A stretch of 32,000 nucleotides of DNA from Methylophaga frappieri (GTDB lineage Bacteria > Pseudomonadota > Gammaproteobacteria > Nitrosococcales > Methylophagaceae): positions 570,001-602,000 of the forward strand of contig NC_017856.1 in NCBI RefSeq assembly GCF_000260965.1, written 5' to 3'. Shown one piece after another: positions 1 through 8,841 of this stretch. The notes beneath the pieces were generated by a model that saw only the letters and a program-made list of their open reading frames with translations, ran no database searches and was not told the DNA's origin. Numbering within the stretch: position 1 is the first letter of the stretch; the number at the start of each line of letters is the position of its first letter. The position numbers and the translations under genes are program-made.

Positions 1-1465
1 AGAACTCTCCGTCATAAACTTCACACAGCTTTTCATAAGAGCGGCCAACATCAATCACCCAGCATTGCCCGCCTTCTGATAAGTAGGAGGAGATGATTTC
101 GTTCACCAGGAAAGACTTGCCCGACCCCGATTGCGCCGCGATGCAACAGTTGTAATTACTGCCCGAGTCATAAAGGGACACACTCATGATCTGACCATTA
201 CGGGAAACAAAGTTAATCACCGGCGTGCCAGTGCCTTTCCAATCCGCAAACAAAGGCAACAGAGGGATGACATGCCGTGTCGCCATGGTCTTGAATCGAA
301 ACAAGTCGTTCATCGCCTGGCGGTCAGCACCAAATGGCAAGGCATTCAGGAAAATGGGCAAACAGAAGTACTTGTCTTCCATCAGCTCAAATCCGAGCTC
401 TTTGAAATAGGTTCGAGCATTTGAAACAGAGCTGATGGACGCCTCTTCCGTCGGGGAAAACAGCGTTAAGGTCATATTTGCCCGAATAGGACGATCACCT
501 TCTTGCAAGGCTTCAAAAAGAACATCGAACCCCTTTTTCTTGGCTGCAAGCACCGGCACAAACTTGAGCATCGGGCCATAGGCCTGATTGACCGCCCATT
601 GACGCTTCGTCTCTAAACGAGATCGCATCGCCTCAGCTGAGGGAAAGTGAATGGTGACATTTAGCAAAAAGCTGCCGCGTAAACCGCGACTGCCCGTCAT
701 CATATCGCCCGCAAAACTTGCGGCATGACCAAACCAGATCCGCTCAGGCAAGCGCTTAAACGATAAGGTTTTAACTCGGTAATCACCCAGCATCAGACCT
801 TGGCTATCCACCTTGATAGATCGGTCATAATCCAACACTTGCTCTCGAAGTGGTTTATCTGCCTCACTGCGGATTGGAGATGGATTACGCCAAGAAGCAT
901 CTTTTCCCCAGTTAAGTTGCGCACTTAATGCCGCGAGCCAATTTCGGTCAGTCATCTCAGTGACGCGAAAACCAACCGTTGCCAACGCCTGCGAGAAAGA
1001 AGCCCGAAGCGCGGATGCTCGACTCAACTCACGCTCCGTCGGTATAGGACTTTCCAAAGGCAATTTGCAGGTGACGATCAGTTGAAAGTTGCGTACCTGA
1101 GTCTGGGTCGATTCTTCTATCGGTTGAACCGTGCCCCCATCGAGGAAATCCGCACGTTTGCGTATCGACGCCCTAAGCAATGGATCGGATTGACGATGCC
1201 GTAAGCCCATCATGCGCTGAAGGTCGGTTTGAATATCAGGCGAGGCGTACAGGCCAAATTGCAGCAAAGTGTCTTTTGGCCAGTCGTTGTTGAGTAGAAC
1301 ATTAACCCTGTCTGCAACAGACTCATCACCACCCGGCAATGGGTCACATAGAAAACCAAAGCCAACACTCTGGTCTTCCATGAAAAACAGTTGCTCATCG
1401 TCGGAATAGGCCAATACTGGCAACAGCTCTGAAGCGCGTTGCCCTGAATACAGAGAGGCTTTCAT
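1..1465 (-). CDS. traC: TraC, F-type T4SS VirB4-like ATPase (N-terminal ~488 codons; the 3' end runs off the window)
   Basis: It is not in the ORF track because it is truncated by the window edge. My translation from the ATG at 1465-1463 stays open to position 1 (MKASLYSGQRASELLPVLAYSDDEQLFFMEDQ...). A Walker A motif, AAQSGSGKSF, lies near the window start. A TAATG one-nt overlap couples it to the stop of the upstream s054-like gene, and the position matches SXT traC. Confidence 0.85.
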   Translation of the reverse strand, partial: MKASLYSGQRASELLPVLAYSDDEQLFFMEDQSVGFGFLCDPLPGGDESVADRVNVLLNNDWPKDTLLQFGLYASPDIQTDLQRMMGLRHRQSDPLLRASIRKRADFLDGGTVQPIEESTQTQVRNFQLIVTCKLPLESPIPTERELSRASALRASFSQALATVGFRVTEMTDRNWLAALSAQLNWGKDASWRNPSPIRSEADKPLREQVLDYDRSIKVDSQGLMLGDYRVKTLSFKRLPERIWFGHAASFAGDMMTGSRGLRGSFLLNVTIHFPSAEAMRSRLETKRQWAVNQAYGPMLKFVPVLAAKKKGFDVLFEALQEGDRPIRANMTLTLFSPTEEASISSVSNARTYFKELGFELMEDKYFCLPIFLNALPFGADRQAMNDLFRFKTMATRHVIPLLPLFADWKGTGTPVINFVSRNGQIMSVSLYDSGSNYNCCIAAQSGSGKSFLVNEIISSYLSEGGQCWVIDVGRSYEKLCEVYDGEF

Positions 1466-2157
1466 TACCGCCCCTCCAACCAAGCAGAAAGGTCATAAGG
1501 ACGGCCTCGGCTGATGCGACCATCATTGGCGACGATGAAAGGCACACCTTGAATGCCCAGGATTTGAGCTGTAACCAAGGTACGCTGCATTGGTTCTAGG
1601 TCGCAGGCATCATCCTGTTCTAGGTTACCAATCCGGCCATTCAGCAATGCATCGGTGGCCGCTTTCTTGTCACGCGCACAGCCAAGCTGGCGAACCTGAC
1701 GCTCTGAATCAGGACCAAGCACTGGCACAGGGAGAATTTGGAAGGTGTATTCTTTGGTTAACGGTAAGGCTTGTTTCAAAAGCTCATGGCAATGCGGGCA
1801 TCGTGGGTCAACAAAGACCACCACTTTCTTTTTGCCTTCACCCAGCGTCAGTGGATTCAAATCATCCATTTTTAAGCCAAGACGACTTAAGTCCAGCGTG
1901 TTTCCCGCTTCTCGAATTTCTTCAAGGCTAGTAAGCGGCTTTTTCGACCAGGCATCATAGAGCGTGCCATCAATGACGAACCGGCCACTGTCTGACATGA
2001 AAACAATACGGCCATTGCTTTCGACCGCTTTCATACCCGTGACCGGCAAAGAAACCATGCCGTCAATTTTGCCAACGGGCGACACTTCAGACACAGGTTC
2101 AGCTTGAACCAAAGGAGAAAGCGCAAGCGCTAGAATGATTGGAGATAGTTTTCGCAT
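1465..2157 (-). CDS. s054: Periplasmic thiol:disulfide interchange protein, DsbC-like (SXT s054 position)
   Basis: 230 aa with an N-terminal signal peptide (MRKLSPIILALALSPLVQA) and a thioredoxin CPHC active site. GAGGA lies 7-8 nt upstream of the ATG. It sits between hotspot 2 and traC, as in SXT/R391. Confidence 0.8.
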   Translation of the reverse strand: MRKLSPIILALALSPLVQAEPVSEVSPVGKIDGMVSLPVTGMKAVESNGRIVFMSDSGRFVIDGTLYDAWSKKPLTSLEEIREAGNTLDLSRLGLKMDDLNPLTLGEGKKKVVVFVDPRCPHCHELLKQALPLTKEYTFQILPVPVLGPDSERQVRQLGCARDKKAATDALLNGRIGNLEQDDACDLEPMQRTLVTAQILGIQGVPFIVANDGRISRGRPYDLSAWLEGR

Positions 2158-2159
2158 GA

Positions 2160-2189
2160 GGAGTCCTCGTTAATGTAAATCGAGGCTCC
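2160..2189 (-). promoter_or_regulatory. Hairpin sequestering the s054 Shine-Dalgarno sequence
   Basis: In the minus-sense RNA, GGAGCCUCG (2189-2181) pairs with CGAGGACUCC (2169-2160). That gives 9 bp with one bulged nt and an 11-nt loop. The 3' arm contains the GAGGA SD, and the AUG is at 2157. Confidence 0.45.
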
Positions 2190-2288
2190 AGTCTATGCAG
2201 TTGTCCTATGTGGACTCGGTTAGATAGATTGAAGAAATCGCAATCTAACTAGGGGGCTTATAGCTCGTTGAGGATTGTTATAAACGAA

Positions 2289-3239
2289 TTACTCGGCGTT
2301 TGCGTTAACAAGCCAATCATCAAGCACTTGCTTTAATTTATCTAATTGCTCTTGATGTTTTGTTTGATTCTTTGCCAATTTGTTAATGTTCTGCAACTTC
2401 CAACGAATCGCTGGCAAGTCTGCTGCATTAGGATAGTCAAACAAAGCCCAGTCAGGTTGCCCTCTTTTGAATGACATAAGGAAAGCATGATCCCTTTCTG
2501 TGAAATGTTTTTGCAGTTCAATTAACATCATGGGCCTAACAGAGGCTAAGTCTTCGCATTCAACTTTTTCAAAAGTCATTCCGTCAAATTCTGTCTGAAA
2601 TTTCTCATTCAGAGGCTGCCAGTTTGGCGACATGACTTCATTAATAGGCCGAGGGTGACTTAATGTATAGGTTAAAAAACCCACCAAAATCTCTCTCGAA
2701 ATCCCTTCACTGCCAAGTAACATACGCACATCAAATAAGTCGCGAGGATGTTGGCGATCCATTGCAGCACACAATTTCCCACCATACAGATCGGGAAGAC
2801 TGACTACCTGAATCTCAGCATAACCAAACTCGTCTTCAACAGACTCTTGAACTGGCATTATTTCTGCACTATGCAATGTACCTCTGGCGACGGGCGACAC
2901 TTCAATTTTGATCGTCGCAACCGGACTTGATACAACTATTCTCAGTTCATCAGCTTTATTATCCTGAAATGCCGCTCTGATATCTGGTTGAGTATTGATT
3001 CTGTCTGTAATGCGCTGCAATGCAGCCCTGACATTAATCAAAGCCTCATCTCTTGGTTCAAGTGGAAGATAAGCAAGATCAATATCTACAGATAACCGAG
3101 GAAAATCTCTCACAAATAAATTAATGGCGGTGCCACCTTTAAGTGCAAAAACCGTCTCTGTTGCTACCACAGGAAGCATTCTTATGAGCAAGGAAACCTG
3201 TTTGTAATATGGGCTATCTTTATCCATTATGTTGTTCAC
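2289..3239 (-). CDS. mosT: AbiEii/AbiGii-family nucleotidyltransferase toxin (MosT-like, type IV TA / abortive infection)
   Basis: 316 aa with the NTase signature LKGGTAINLF...RLSVDIDLAY (GGTA...RxSxDxD). It lies directly downstream of, and overlaps, an AbiEi-like gene at the hotspot 2 position where SXT carries mosAT. The start may instead be the internal Met at 3227. Confidence 0.75.
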   Translation of the reverse strand: MNNIMDKDSPYYKQVSLLIRMLPVVATETVFALKGGTAINLFVRDFPRLSVDIDLAYLPLEPRDEALINVRAALQRITDRINTQPDIRAAFQDNKADELRIVVSSPVATIKIEVSPVARGTLHSAEIMPVQESVEDEFGYAEIQVVSLPDLYGGKLCAAMDRQHPRDLFDVRMLLGSEGISREILVGFLTYTLSHPRPINEVMSPNWQPLNEKFQTEFDGMTFEKVECEDLASVRPMMLIELQKHFTERDHAFLMSFKRGQPDWALFDYPNAADLPAIRWKLQNINKLAKNQTKHQEQLDKLKQVLDDWLVNANAE

Positions 3240-4053
3240 CTTTTTTGACGCTTAATATCTCTGGCACTGTGATTTGATATCGCTCATCAAAACGTCCTTT
3301 TTCGACAACCTGCCGCTTTCCTGCACCCAACTCAATTCTTGTTTCATCTATGCGATTGACCCACTGGTGATCGTAGTATCGACCCAGAAATAGAAATATT
3401 CGGTTTGCCTGAACAGAGCTGCTTCGCTCAAGAATATCTTGTACTTTTCTAGGGCTAAGATTGACTAAACCCTGAAATAATTCTGCGACATGCTCAAATG
3501 AAATCAGCTTCCCAATCCCGTCTACCACTTCATAGGCAGCAAGTTCTGCACAGCTGACAGTGAGTTCTTTCTCTTTAACCGTGATCCTTTTCAAATCTTT
3601 CTCGGGATTCACTTCAAGCTTATGATTTCCACAGTAAAACCAATTCTGATAAGGGAATTCACGAAACCATTTTGGTAAGGACGACTTATTTTTAACGCAA
3701 ATCCAAACTTGCTCTTTGTTCAGCTGTAAATAGTGACTCAGTCCTTGGTGAGTTAAGCTGCTCAATCCAGCCAAATGAACTGGAACGCCCAATTGCACAT
3801 CCAATGCTTGAATGGCATCAACCCAAGTTGGCTTTATATCGCCCTGCGCATCTGGACGATAATACACGCCAGAACATAGCTTCTTTAGCCAACCGTTCTG
3901 CGCGTACTTTTGAGCCAAGGAATAGCTCACACCGTTTTCAGTCAGCCATTGCTGAAGTACTAGCGCACCAGGAGAAGTATGAGCAACAAGCCAGTTTATC
4001 TTAGATGACATTTTAACACCCAAAGTATGAATATCACGAACAGTATAAACCAT
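3220..4053 (-). CDS. mosA: AbiEi-family antitoxin/transcriptional regulator (MosA-like)
   Basis: 277 aa, upstream of and overlapping the AbiEii-like toxin gene. Size and organisation are typical of AbiEi. The start is uncertain; an alternative Met (MSSKINWL...) lies at 4011. Confidence 0.65.
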   Translation of the reverse strand: MVYTVRDIHTLGVKMSSKINWLVAHTSPGALVLQQWLTENGVSYSLAQKYAQNGWLKKLCSGVYYRPDAQGDIKPTWVDAIQALDVQLGVPVHLAGLSSLTHQGLSHYLQLNKEQVWICVKNKSSLPKWFREFPYQNWFYCGNHKLEVNPEKDLKRITVKEKELTVSCAELAAYEVVDGIGKLISFEHVAELFQGLVNLSPRKVQDILERSSSVQANRIFLFLGRYYDHQWVNRIDETRIELGAGKRQVVEKGRFDERYQITVPEILSVKKGEQHNG

Positions 4054-4146
4054 ATAGTTTATTGTGACAGTGATTTTAACACTTTAGGTATTAATATACC
4101 AAATACTGTAAACCAAGCCCGCTAATGCGGCGTTGTTGAAATGAAA

Positions 4147-4189
4147 AGGTCTACACAACATCACCAATAACCCGATGTTGTGTAGACCT
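4147..4189 (-). terminator. Rho-independent terminator after traA (end of the traL-traA operon)
   Basis: A perfect 16-bp stem, AGGTCTACACAACATC (4147-4162) / GATGTTGTGTAGACCT (4174-4189), encloses an 11-nt loop. On the minus strand it is followed by UUUUCAUUUC. It lies 42 nt downstream of the traA stop. Confidence 0.75.
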
Positions 4190-4230
4190 AGTTTGATTAC
4201 CTTAAGTGAACTGCCGACTATGGCTCACAT

Positions 4231-4617
4231 TCAGGTGCCCAGTAAAACGGCGCTGATTGCTGGAACAGTTGTGCCAATAACTTCTTGAGTGCTGGCAACA
4301 ACAGGTAAGGTTGCAGACATAACACTTTCAACGACGGTTGGCGTATTGTAGAGACCCATACCGCCACCAATGCCCAAGGCAAAAGCCATCAAGCTTTGGC
4401 GAGCGATACCGCCCACAATACCCACCAGAACCATGGCTCCCGCTACGATCCGTCCCAAAGTACCTTGGGTCCAATCTTTTAGGGTATCCCACACATCAGT
4501 GAAAGCATCACCACCGGTGCCCGCAAATGAGGGCTCCGAAATCATTAACGCCATTAAACCAAGCGCACCAATGGTCATTAGGCGCTGAGTTTGAATGGTG
4601 CGAACTGCATTTGTCAT
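4231..4617 (-). CDS. traA: TraA-like conjugative pilin precursor
   Basis: 128 aa, very hydrophobic and Gly/Ala-rich, with a long leader. An ATGA overlap couples it to the traV stop. It is the last gene of the traLEKBVA block, as in SXT. Confidence 0.7.
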   Translation of the reverse strand: MTNAVRTIQTQRLMTIGALGLMALMISEPSFAGTGGDAFTDVWDTLKDWTQGTLGRIVAGAMVLVGIVGGIARQSLMAFALGIGGGMGLYNTPTVVESVMSATLPVVASTQEVIGTTVPAISAVLLGT

Positions 4618-5264
4618 TCGTTAGTTTCTCCGTAGATACTCAAGTTATCGCGCTTACCATCAGCTCCCGCTGAGGCTGAATCGCTTTGAGTCTGAAGTGG
4701 ACGTAGCACTGGCGAAACCGTTCGAGGTGCTGACACCCCAATATCCCACCGGCGCGGTTCAATTTCGGTAAACACGTAGCTGGATAAATTCAGATCTCCA
4801 CGGTCATCCTCCCAAGGCGCAATCCAAATCCGCATCACCCTTGAAGGAATGCGAATAGGTGCAGATTGCTGCGTCTCAGGTAATGCTGGATGGCTCAGCA
4901 GCCCTGTCTCTAAATCAGATTGTGAATACCCAGAGGGAGAACCAATTCGAGTCGCCACAGCATCAATCGTCTTGGGTGCAGCCCCATTACTGGTAAGCTC
5001 ATAGACTTCACGAGCGGATAAACAGCGCACACCGTCAGGCATACCTGGGCATCCATATTCACTACTCCCAAGACCCAATGAACTACAGCCAGACAATAAG
5101 GTTGAGCCGACTGCCAATAAAAGTAATCCAGCTTTAGACCACTGTTTTGACTGGTGCTTTGGGTTGTTCTGCATTGATGTCGTCATGGTTAACTCTCCTC
5201 TGGATACACATCTTATTGTCTGAAACGGACTTCGATCGGTTAGCAACATGCAGGATTTTTTCAT
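4614..5264 (-). CDS. traV: TraV, T4SS outer-membrane lipoprotein
   Basis: 216 aa with the lipobox LLSGC|SS after a hydrophobic segment. An ATGA overlap couples it to the traB stop. Position is syntenic with SXT traV. Confidence 0.75.
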   Translation of the reverse strand: MKKSCMLLTDRSPFQTIRCVSRGELTMTTSMQNNPKHQSKQWSKAGLLLLAVGSTLLSGCSSLGLGSSEYGCPGMPDGVRCLSAREVYELTSNGAAPKTIDAVATRIGSPSGYSQSDLETGLLSHPALPETQQSAPIRIPSRVMRIWIAPWEDDRGDLNLSSYVFTEIEPRRWDIGVSAPRTVSPVLRPLQTQSDSASAGADGKRDNLSIYGETNE

Positions 5265-6550
5265 CTTCTTGCACCTCCCCCTTGCGAAGTGGCCAACGAC
5301 AACGAGGCCCCACGAGTGACTATGACTTCAATTTTCCTTGCAGCGTCTACCTCTATGACTGGGAACATATTTTCAGCCATGTCCAAATAGAACTTGGCCA
5401 CGCGATCCAATGCTTTACCGGTGCCTTTAATCGCAGCACCTTGTAATGCTTCTTGGCTCATGACTTGCTGGTACAGCTGAGTATCACCAGCATTACCCGT
5501 CTGAATCGTCGGAACAGGATTTACATCAAATGCGCCTGCCAAGCCCTGAAGGAATCCGGCCATCATTGATTTGGCCACCAGTTGGCCTTGTTTCGACACT
5601 AATCGGCCACGAATACCGGCTTTGCCGTCTTCACCCACGGCATAAGAATCCAGTCGCGTTTCAATGACGCCACCATCTTCTCTCACACATGAAATGGTCT
5701 CGCCTCGCAAATAGGCACGCTCAGAGCTCAAATCACCGTAACCTGCGGCGATCAAGAAACACTCTTTGATATCCGCTCTAAATCGGTTAGGTAAAATGGC
5801 TTCCTTTTGAATCCTCAGCAATGCAGGAAAAGGTTCTCGTCTTGCGGACTCGTGAGTAGGAGCATCCAAACCCGTGATCAAAGTACCCGAGATGATGCTG
5901 CCCGCCGGTAGATACAAAGGAGGCGCTTCTTGCACAACAACCTCTGGTTCAGCAACCACTTCAGGCTCAATCATACGAATCGTGATTGGCGGCAATGGAA
6001 CATCTCGTGCTCGTGTACCTTGACCATTGACTGGCTGCTGATAGAGCGGATCAGGCAGCGGCGCATTGGCAAAATAGTCGTCTGGGTTAGACGGCAGTGG
6101 CTTTTCGTCTTTAGGCAATTCCATGGCAGATAAAGGCACTTCGAAACGGCTATTTGTGCCTTCAACTGCTGCATCACCTCCAGCGCGAACATCATCAAGT
6201 TCCGCTCGAAGGCGAGCCAACTCCGCGTTGACCTCACTTGGTATAGAAGGCGAACCTGGGCTTAGCCGTCCTGAATCGACGTCACGACGCAAGCGCTCAA
6301 CTTCACGACGTAACTGTTCATTGCGCTCACTGAGTAGTTTTACGTTCGCAGCCAAACTATCGACCCCAACATCACGAGTATTGGTATCCGTAAGAATGTG
6401 CCGGATCGTTTCCTGTCGGTTCCGACTACTTGAGCCATCGTCAGGATTAGGTGAAAACACCATCACCATAAGGATGAGACCACCAGCAATACCAGCAACC
6501 GATAGACCCCGCTTCATGTTCGGGCTCATTTGTTCCCATTGTGCTTTCAT
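5261..6550 (-). CDS. traB: TraB, T4SS VirB10-like core protein
   Basis: The track ORF begins at a TTG (6553). The next codon is an ATG at 6550, overlapping the traK TGA as TGATG, so I place the start there. It has an N-terminal TM segment, a coiled-coil region (ERNEQLRREVERLRRDV) and a conserved C-terminal domain. Gene order also fits. Confidence 0.8.
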   Translation of the reverse strand: MKAQWEQMSPNMKRGLSVAGIAGGLILMVMVFSPNPDDGSSSRNRQETIRHILTDTNTRDVGVDSLAANVKLLSERNEQLRREVERLRRDVDSGRLSPGSPSIPSEVNAELARLRAELDDVRAGGDAAVEGTNSRFEVPLSAMELPKDEKPLPSNPDDYFANAPLPDPLYQQPVNGQGTRARDVPLPPITIRMIEPEVVAEPEVVVQEAPPLYLPAGSIISGTLITGLDAPTHESARREPFPALLRIQKEAILPNRFRADIKECFLIAAGYGDLSSERAYLRGETISCVREDGGVIETRLDSYAVGEDGKAGIRGRLVSKQGQLVAKSMMAGFLQGLAGAFDVNPVPTIQTGNAGDTQLYQQVMSQEALQGAAIKGTGKALDRVAKFYLDMAENMFPVIEVDAARKIEVIVTRGASLSLATSQGGGARR

Positions 6551-7452
6551 CAAAGCTCACCTCCCACAAGAAGCGAAGGTCGCTGACTTTCCACCGCTTC
6601 TTCACGATGATTGCGAACAACCACATACAACTCAGTCTTTTCACCCGGTAACAAGATATTGCGAGGCCAGTAGGCGCTTGCCACTATATCTGGTGTATGA
6701 CAGGCTATTTCACTGGCTTCTATCGGCTCATCGGCAAAGCTTTCAACCAGTCCTACATAGACGGTGAAGTAATGTCCCGTCACAATTTGCCCCTGCTTAA
6801 AACCAAACTTTAAACCTGGCTGAAAACATTTCGGGCTTGTGTCAGTTTGGCCAGCTAAACGGATGTCATAGCCTTGTGGTAACTCATTTAGTGCAAGGCG
6901 TCTGAGTAAATCACGTAAGCTATCGACGTATGGCTGAGCCGTTTCCCAAGTGGCGGCTTTTCGGTTCACGACGCCCTTAATAGGCCACTGCTGACCATCA
7001 ATAGCTAAGGTGATTTCACGCGGTGGAATACGACGAGGTACTAATGTGACAGATAACGCGGGCGCTTCCTGACCAGGCGGAGTGATGTAAAGTGAAACCG
7101 GTGATTCTTTGTCCGTGGCCACATATACAACATTCCCCTTGATTTGCGTCTGAGCATCACTGGTTGTTCTCACCTGAGGCGATTCAAACGGCGTCACAAT
7201 TCGATTCAGATGACCAAGTGCTACAGGGATCAGTTCATTAACCCCCGGTGTCATCAGTAGCGTTGTTGGCGTATCCGCTGCAACCGAATTGCTTTGAACC
7301 GGTGGATTTGCAGTAGCAGACTGCTTCATCACACTGGCTGGCACAATCGGCAATTCCACGTCTGCATACGACGCTTGTGATAACAGAATGCCACTCAAGC
7401 TAATTGCGATTAAGCTTGGTGTCATCCATCGACTAATTTTGGTTCGCATCAT
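6550..7452 (-). CDS. traK: TraK, T4SS secretin-like/VirB9-like periplasmic protein
   Basis: 300 aa with a signal peptide (…LLSQASYA|D). A strong RBS, GGAGGGTGA, precedes the ATG. It sits between traE and traB. Confidence 0.75.
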   Translation of the reverse strand: MMRTKISRWMTPSLIAISLSGILLSQASYADVELPIVPASVMKQSATANPPVQSNSVAADTPTTLLMTPGVNELIPVALGHLNRIVTPFESPQVRTTSDAQTQIKGNVVYVATDKESPVSLYITPPGQEAPALSVTLVPRRIPPREITLAIDGQQWPIKGVVNRKAATWETAQPYVDSLRDLLRRLALNELPQGYDIRLAGQTDTSPKCFQPGLKFGFKQGQIVTGHYFTVYVGLVESFADEPIEASEIACHTPDIVASAYWPRNILLPGEKTELYVVVRNHREEAVESQRPSLLVGGEL

Positions 7453-8059
7453 TCACCCTCCGGTTTTGCTCTTGGGTCAACTTTTCACGAACTCGCTTCG
7501 TTCTAGCTTGCCCCTCATACGTATCCATCCAGCTAAGTTTTGGACGGTATTGCTCAATATCGATATCAAACTCATAGGTGCGAGTTTGGCGCTGCTCATC
7601 TCCAGATGGTCCAGAGACCAAGGAATAACCGGTCACAAAGACATGGCCGGTTTCATACTCATACTCCACTTGTCTGGGTTGGAATTTGAGCGTGACTCGG
7701 TCTTCGCGGATTTGTCTTGCCTGAATCTCCAGTGCATCGACCACTTGCTGGTACACCGCTGGAGAAAGTAGCGGCTCAATGGCAACCCGGATGAAAGACA
7801 CATTACCTGGCGTCACGTTACCCATAAGCTCAGCCAGGTAGAGTCCCCAGGATTCAAGGTAAGGTTGAGTGGCTTGGTTTCGTGACACTTCAGCCGTTTC
7901 AGACAAGGTTGGCGGTTGAATGGCTACCACGGTATTGCGAGAAAATGCTGCTACCGCAAGCAGCAAGTTAGATAGCACCAGCACCGCAATCAGAAACCGT
8001 TGCCATCGGTTCTCTAATTGCGTGCCTTGCCATGATTTTAAAAACACGTCGAACTTCAC
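7433..8059 (-). CDS. traE: TraE, T4SS inner-membrane assembly protein
   Basis: 208 aa with a single N-terminal TM segment (FLIAVLVLSNLLLAVAAF). A GTG start overlaps the traL stop (GTGA). Position is syntenic. Confidence 0.75.
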   Translation of the reverse strand: MKFDVFLKSWQGTQLENRWQRFLIAVLVLSNLLLAVAAFSRNTVVAIQPPTLSETAEVSRNQATQPYLESWGLYLAELMGNVTPGNVSFIRVAIEPLLSPAVYQQVVDALEIQARQIREDRVTLKFQPRQVEYEYETGHVFVTGYSLVSGPSGDEQRQTRTYEFDIDIEQYRPKLSWMDTYEGQARTKRVREKLTQEQNRRVNDANQN

Positions 8060-8337
8060 GGCAGATAGCTCCTGATAAATGGGTTAGGGATCGTCTTGGC
8101 TTTGGTTGGCAACAGCCCAGCCCAGTAGATGGCGTGAAGAATAAAACCATCAGGGCGACCATCACGAAAACGCCGATAGAGCTTGGTTGTTACCAACCCC
8201 AACAGGCATAAAACCAAGGCATTACCGGTAAAAATGCCGATCACTAGCCCCAACAGAATGGGAGCCATCTCATCGGCACTCCAAAGCAGGAAGTGCGGCG
8301 GATCATCGATATAGGACGGAATACTCACAGGTTCCAT
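8056..8337 (-). CDS. traL: TraL, T4SS pilus-assembly membrane protein
   Basis: The track ORF starts at a GTG (8343). An ATG at 8337 has the AGGAG SD at better spacing, so I use it. The sequence MEPVSIPSYIDDPPHFLLWSADE followed by a TM segment is typical of TraL. It is the first gene of the traLEKBVA block. Confidence 0.75.
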   Translation of the reverse strand: MEPVSIPSYIDDPPHFLLWSADEMAPILLGLVIGIFTGNALVLCLLGLVTTKLYRRFRDGRPDGFILHAIYWAGLLPTKAKTIPNPFIRSYLP

Positions 8338-8340
8338 AGT

Positions 8341-8368
8341 CACTCCTCGTTGTTTGAATTGAGAAGTG
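8341..8368 (-). promoter_or_regulatory. Hairpin sequestering the traL Shine-Dalgarno sequence
   Basis: In the minus-sense RNA, CACUUCUC (8368-8361) pairs with GAGGAGUG (8348-8341). That gives 7 Watson-Crick pairs plus one G.U pair around a 12-nt loop. The 3' arm is the SD, and the AUG is at 8337. Confidence 0.4.
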
Positions 8369-8482
8369 AAGGATGCCTCGGGATTGGCAGCTTCAGTGGT
8401 CAGCTAGATGCCGAATTCTTGAAGGTTTTGAGGGTTCTACTCAGACAAGACGGTTAAGTTCTAGACAAACCGCGCAACCAGA

Positions 8483-8500
8483 GTTATCATTTATGATAAC
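8483..8500 (+). promoter_or_regulatory. Perfect palindrome, candidate HigA-type operator of the higBA-like promoter
   Basis: GTTATCAT-TT-ATGATAAC has 8-bp arms and lies 18 nt upstream of the toxin ATG. The RBS AAGGA lies between the palindrome and the ATG. Confidence 0.5.
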
Positions 8501-8517
8501 CTAAGTTAAGGATACCC

Positions 8518-8841
8518 ATGAGCTGGAAGATCGACTTTTACGATGGCGTTGAGGATCAGATCCTCGATATGCCTCCCAAAATACAAGCTCGCATGATTAA
8601 GCTTTTAGAGCTGATGGAAAAGCATGGTGCAAACTTGGGGCCTCCTCATACTGAGTCTATGGGCGATGGGTTATTTGAAATCCGCGCCAAAGCTCAAGAA
8701 GGTATTGGTAGAGGCTTATTTTGCTACTTAAAAGGGAAGCACATTTATGTGTTACACGCTTTTGTAAAAAAATCTCAAAAGACGCCCAAAAATGAGCTCA
8801 ATCTTGCCAGAGATAGACAAAAAGAGGTTCAAAAATCATGA
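8518..8841 (+). CDS. higB: HigB/Gp49-like (RelE superfamily) toxin
   Basis: 107 aa. The toxin-first order and ATGA overlap with a downstream XRE-HTH gene are typical of higBA. The LFEIR...YVLHAF...K core is typical of Gp49/HigB-type toxins. It lies at the hotspot 1 position. Confidence 0.7.
   Translation: MSWKIDFYDGVEDQILDMPPKIQARMIKLLELMEKHGANLGPPHTESMGDGLFEIRAKAQEGIGRGLFCYLKGKHIYVLHAFVKKSQKTPKNELNLARDRQKEVQKS

Noticed and set aside
6123-6767. 214-aa + strand ORF, and many other 60-130-aa ORFs lying antisense to tra, hsd and helicase genes (for example 131-424, 1590-1931, 11169-11507, 21698-22042)
   Set aside because: All lie wholly inside longer, motif-supported genes on the opposite strand. 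Their compositions are Ser/Arg/Pro-rich or otherwise skewed, as expected of antisense frames, and none has a convincing RBS.
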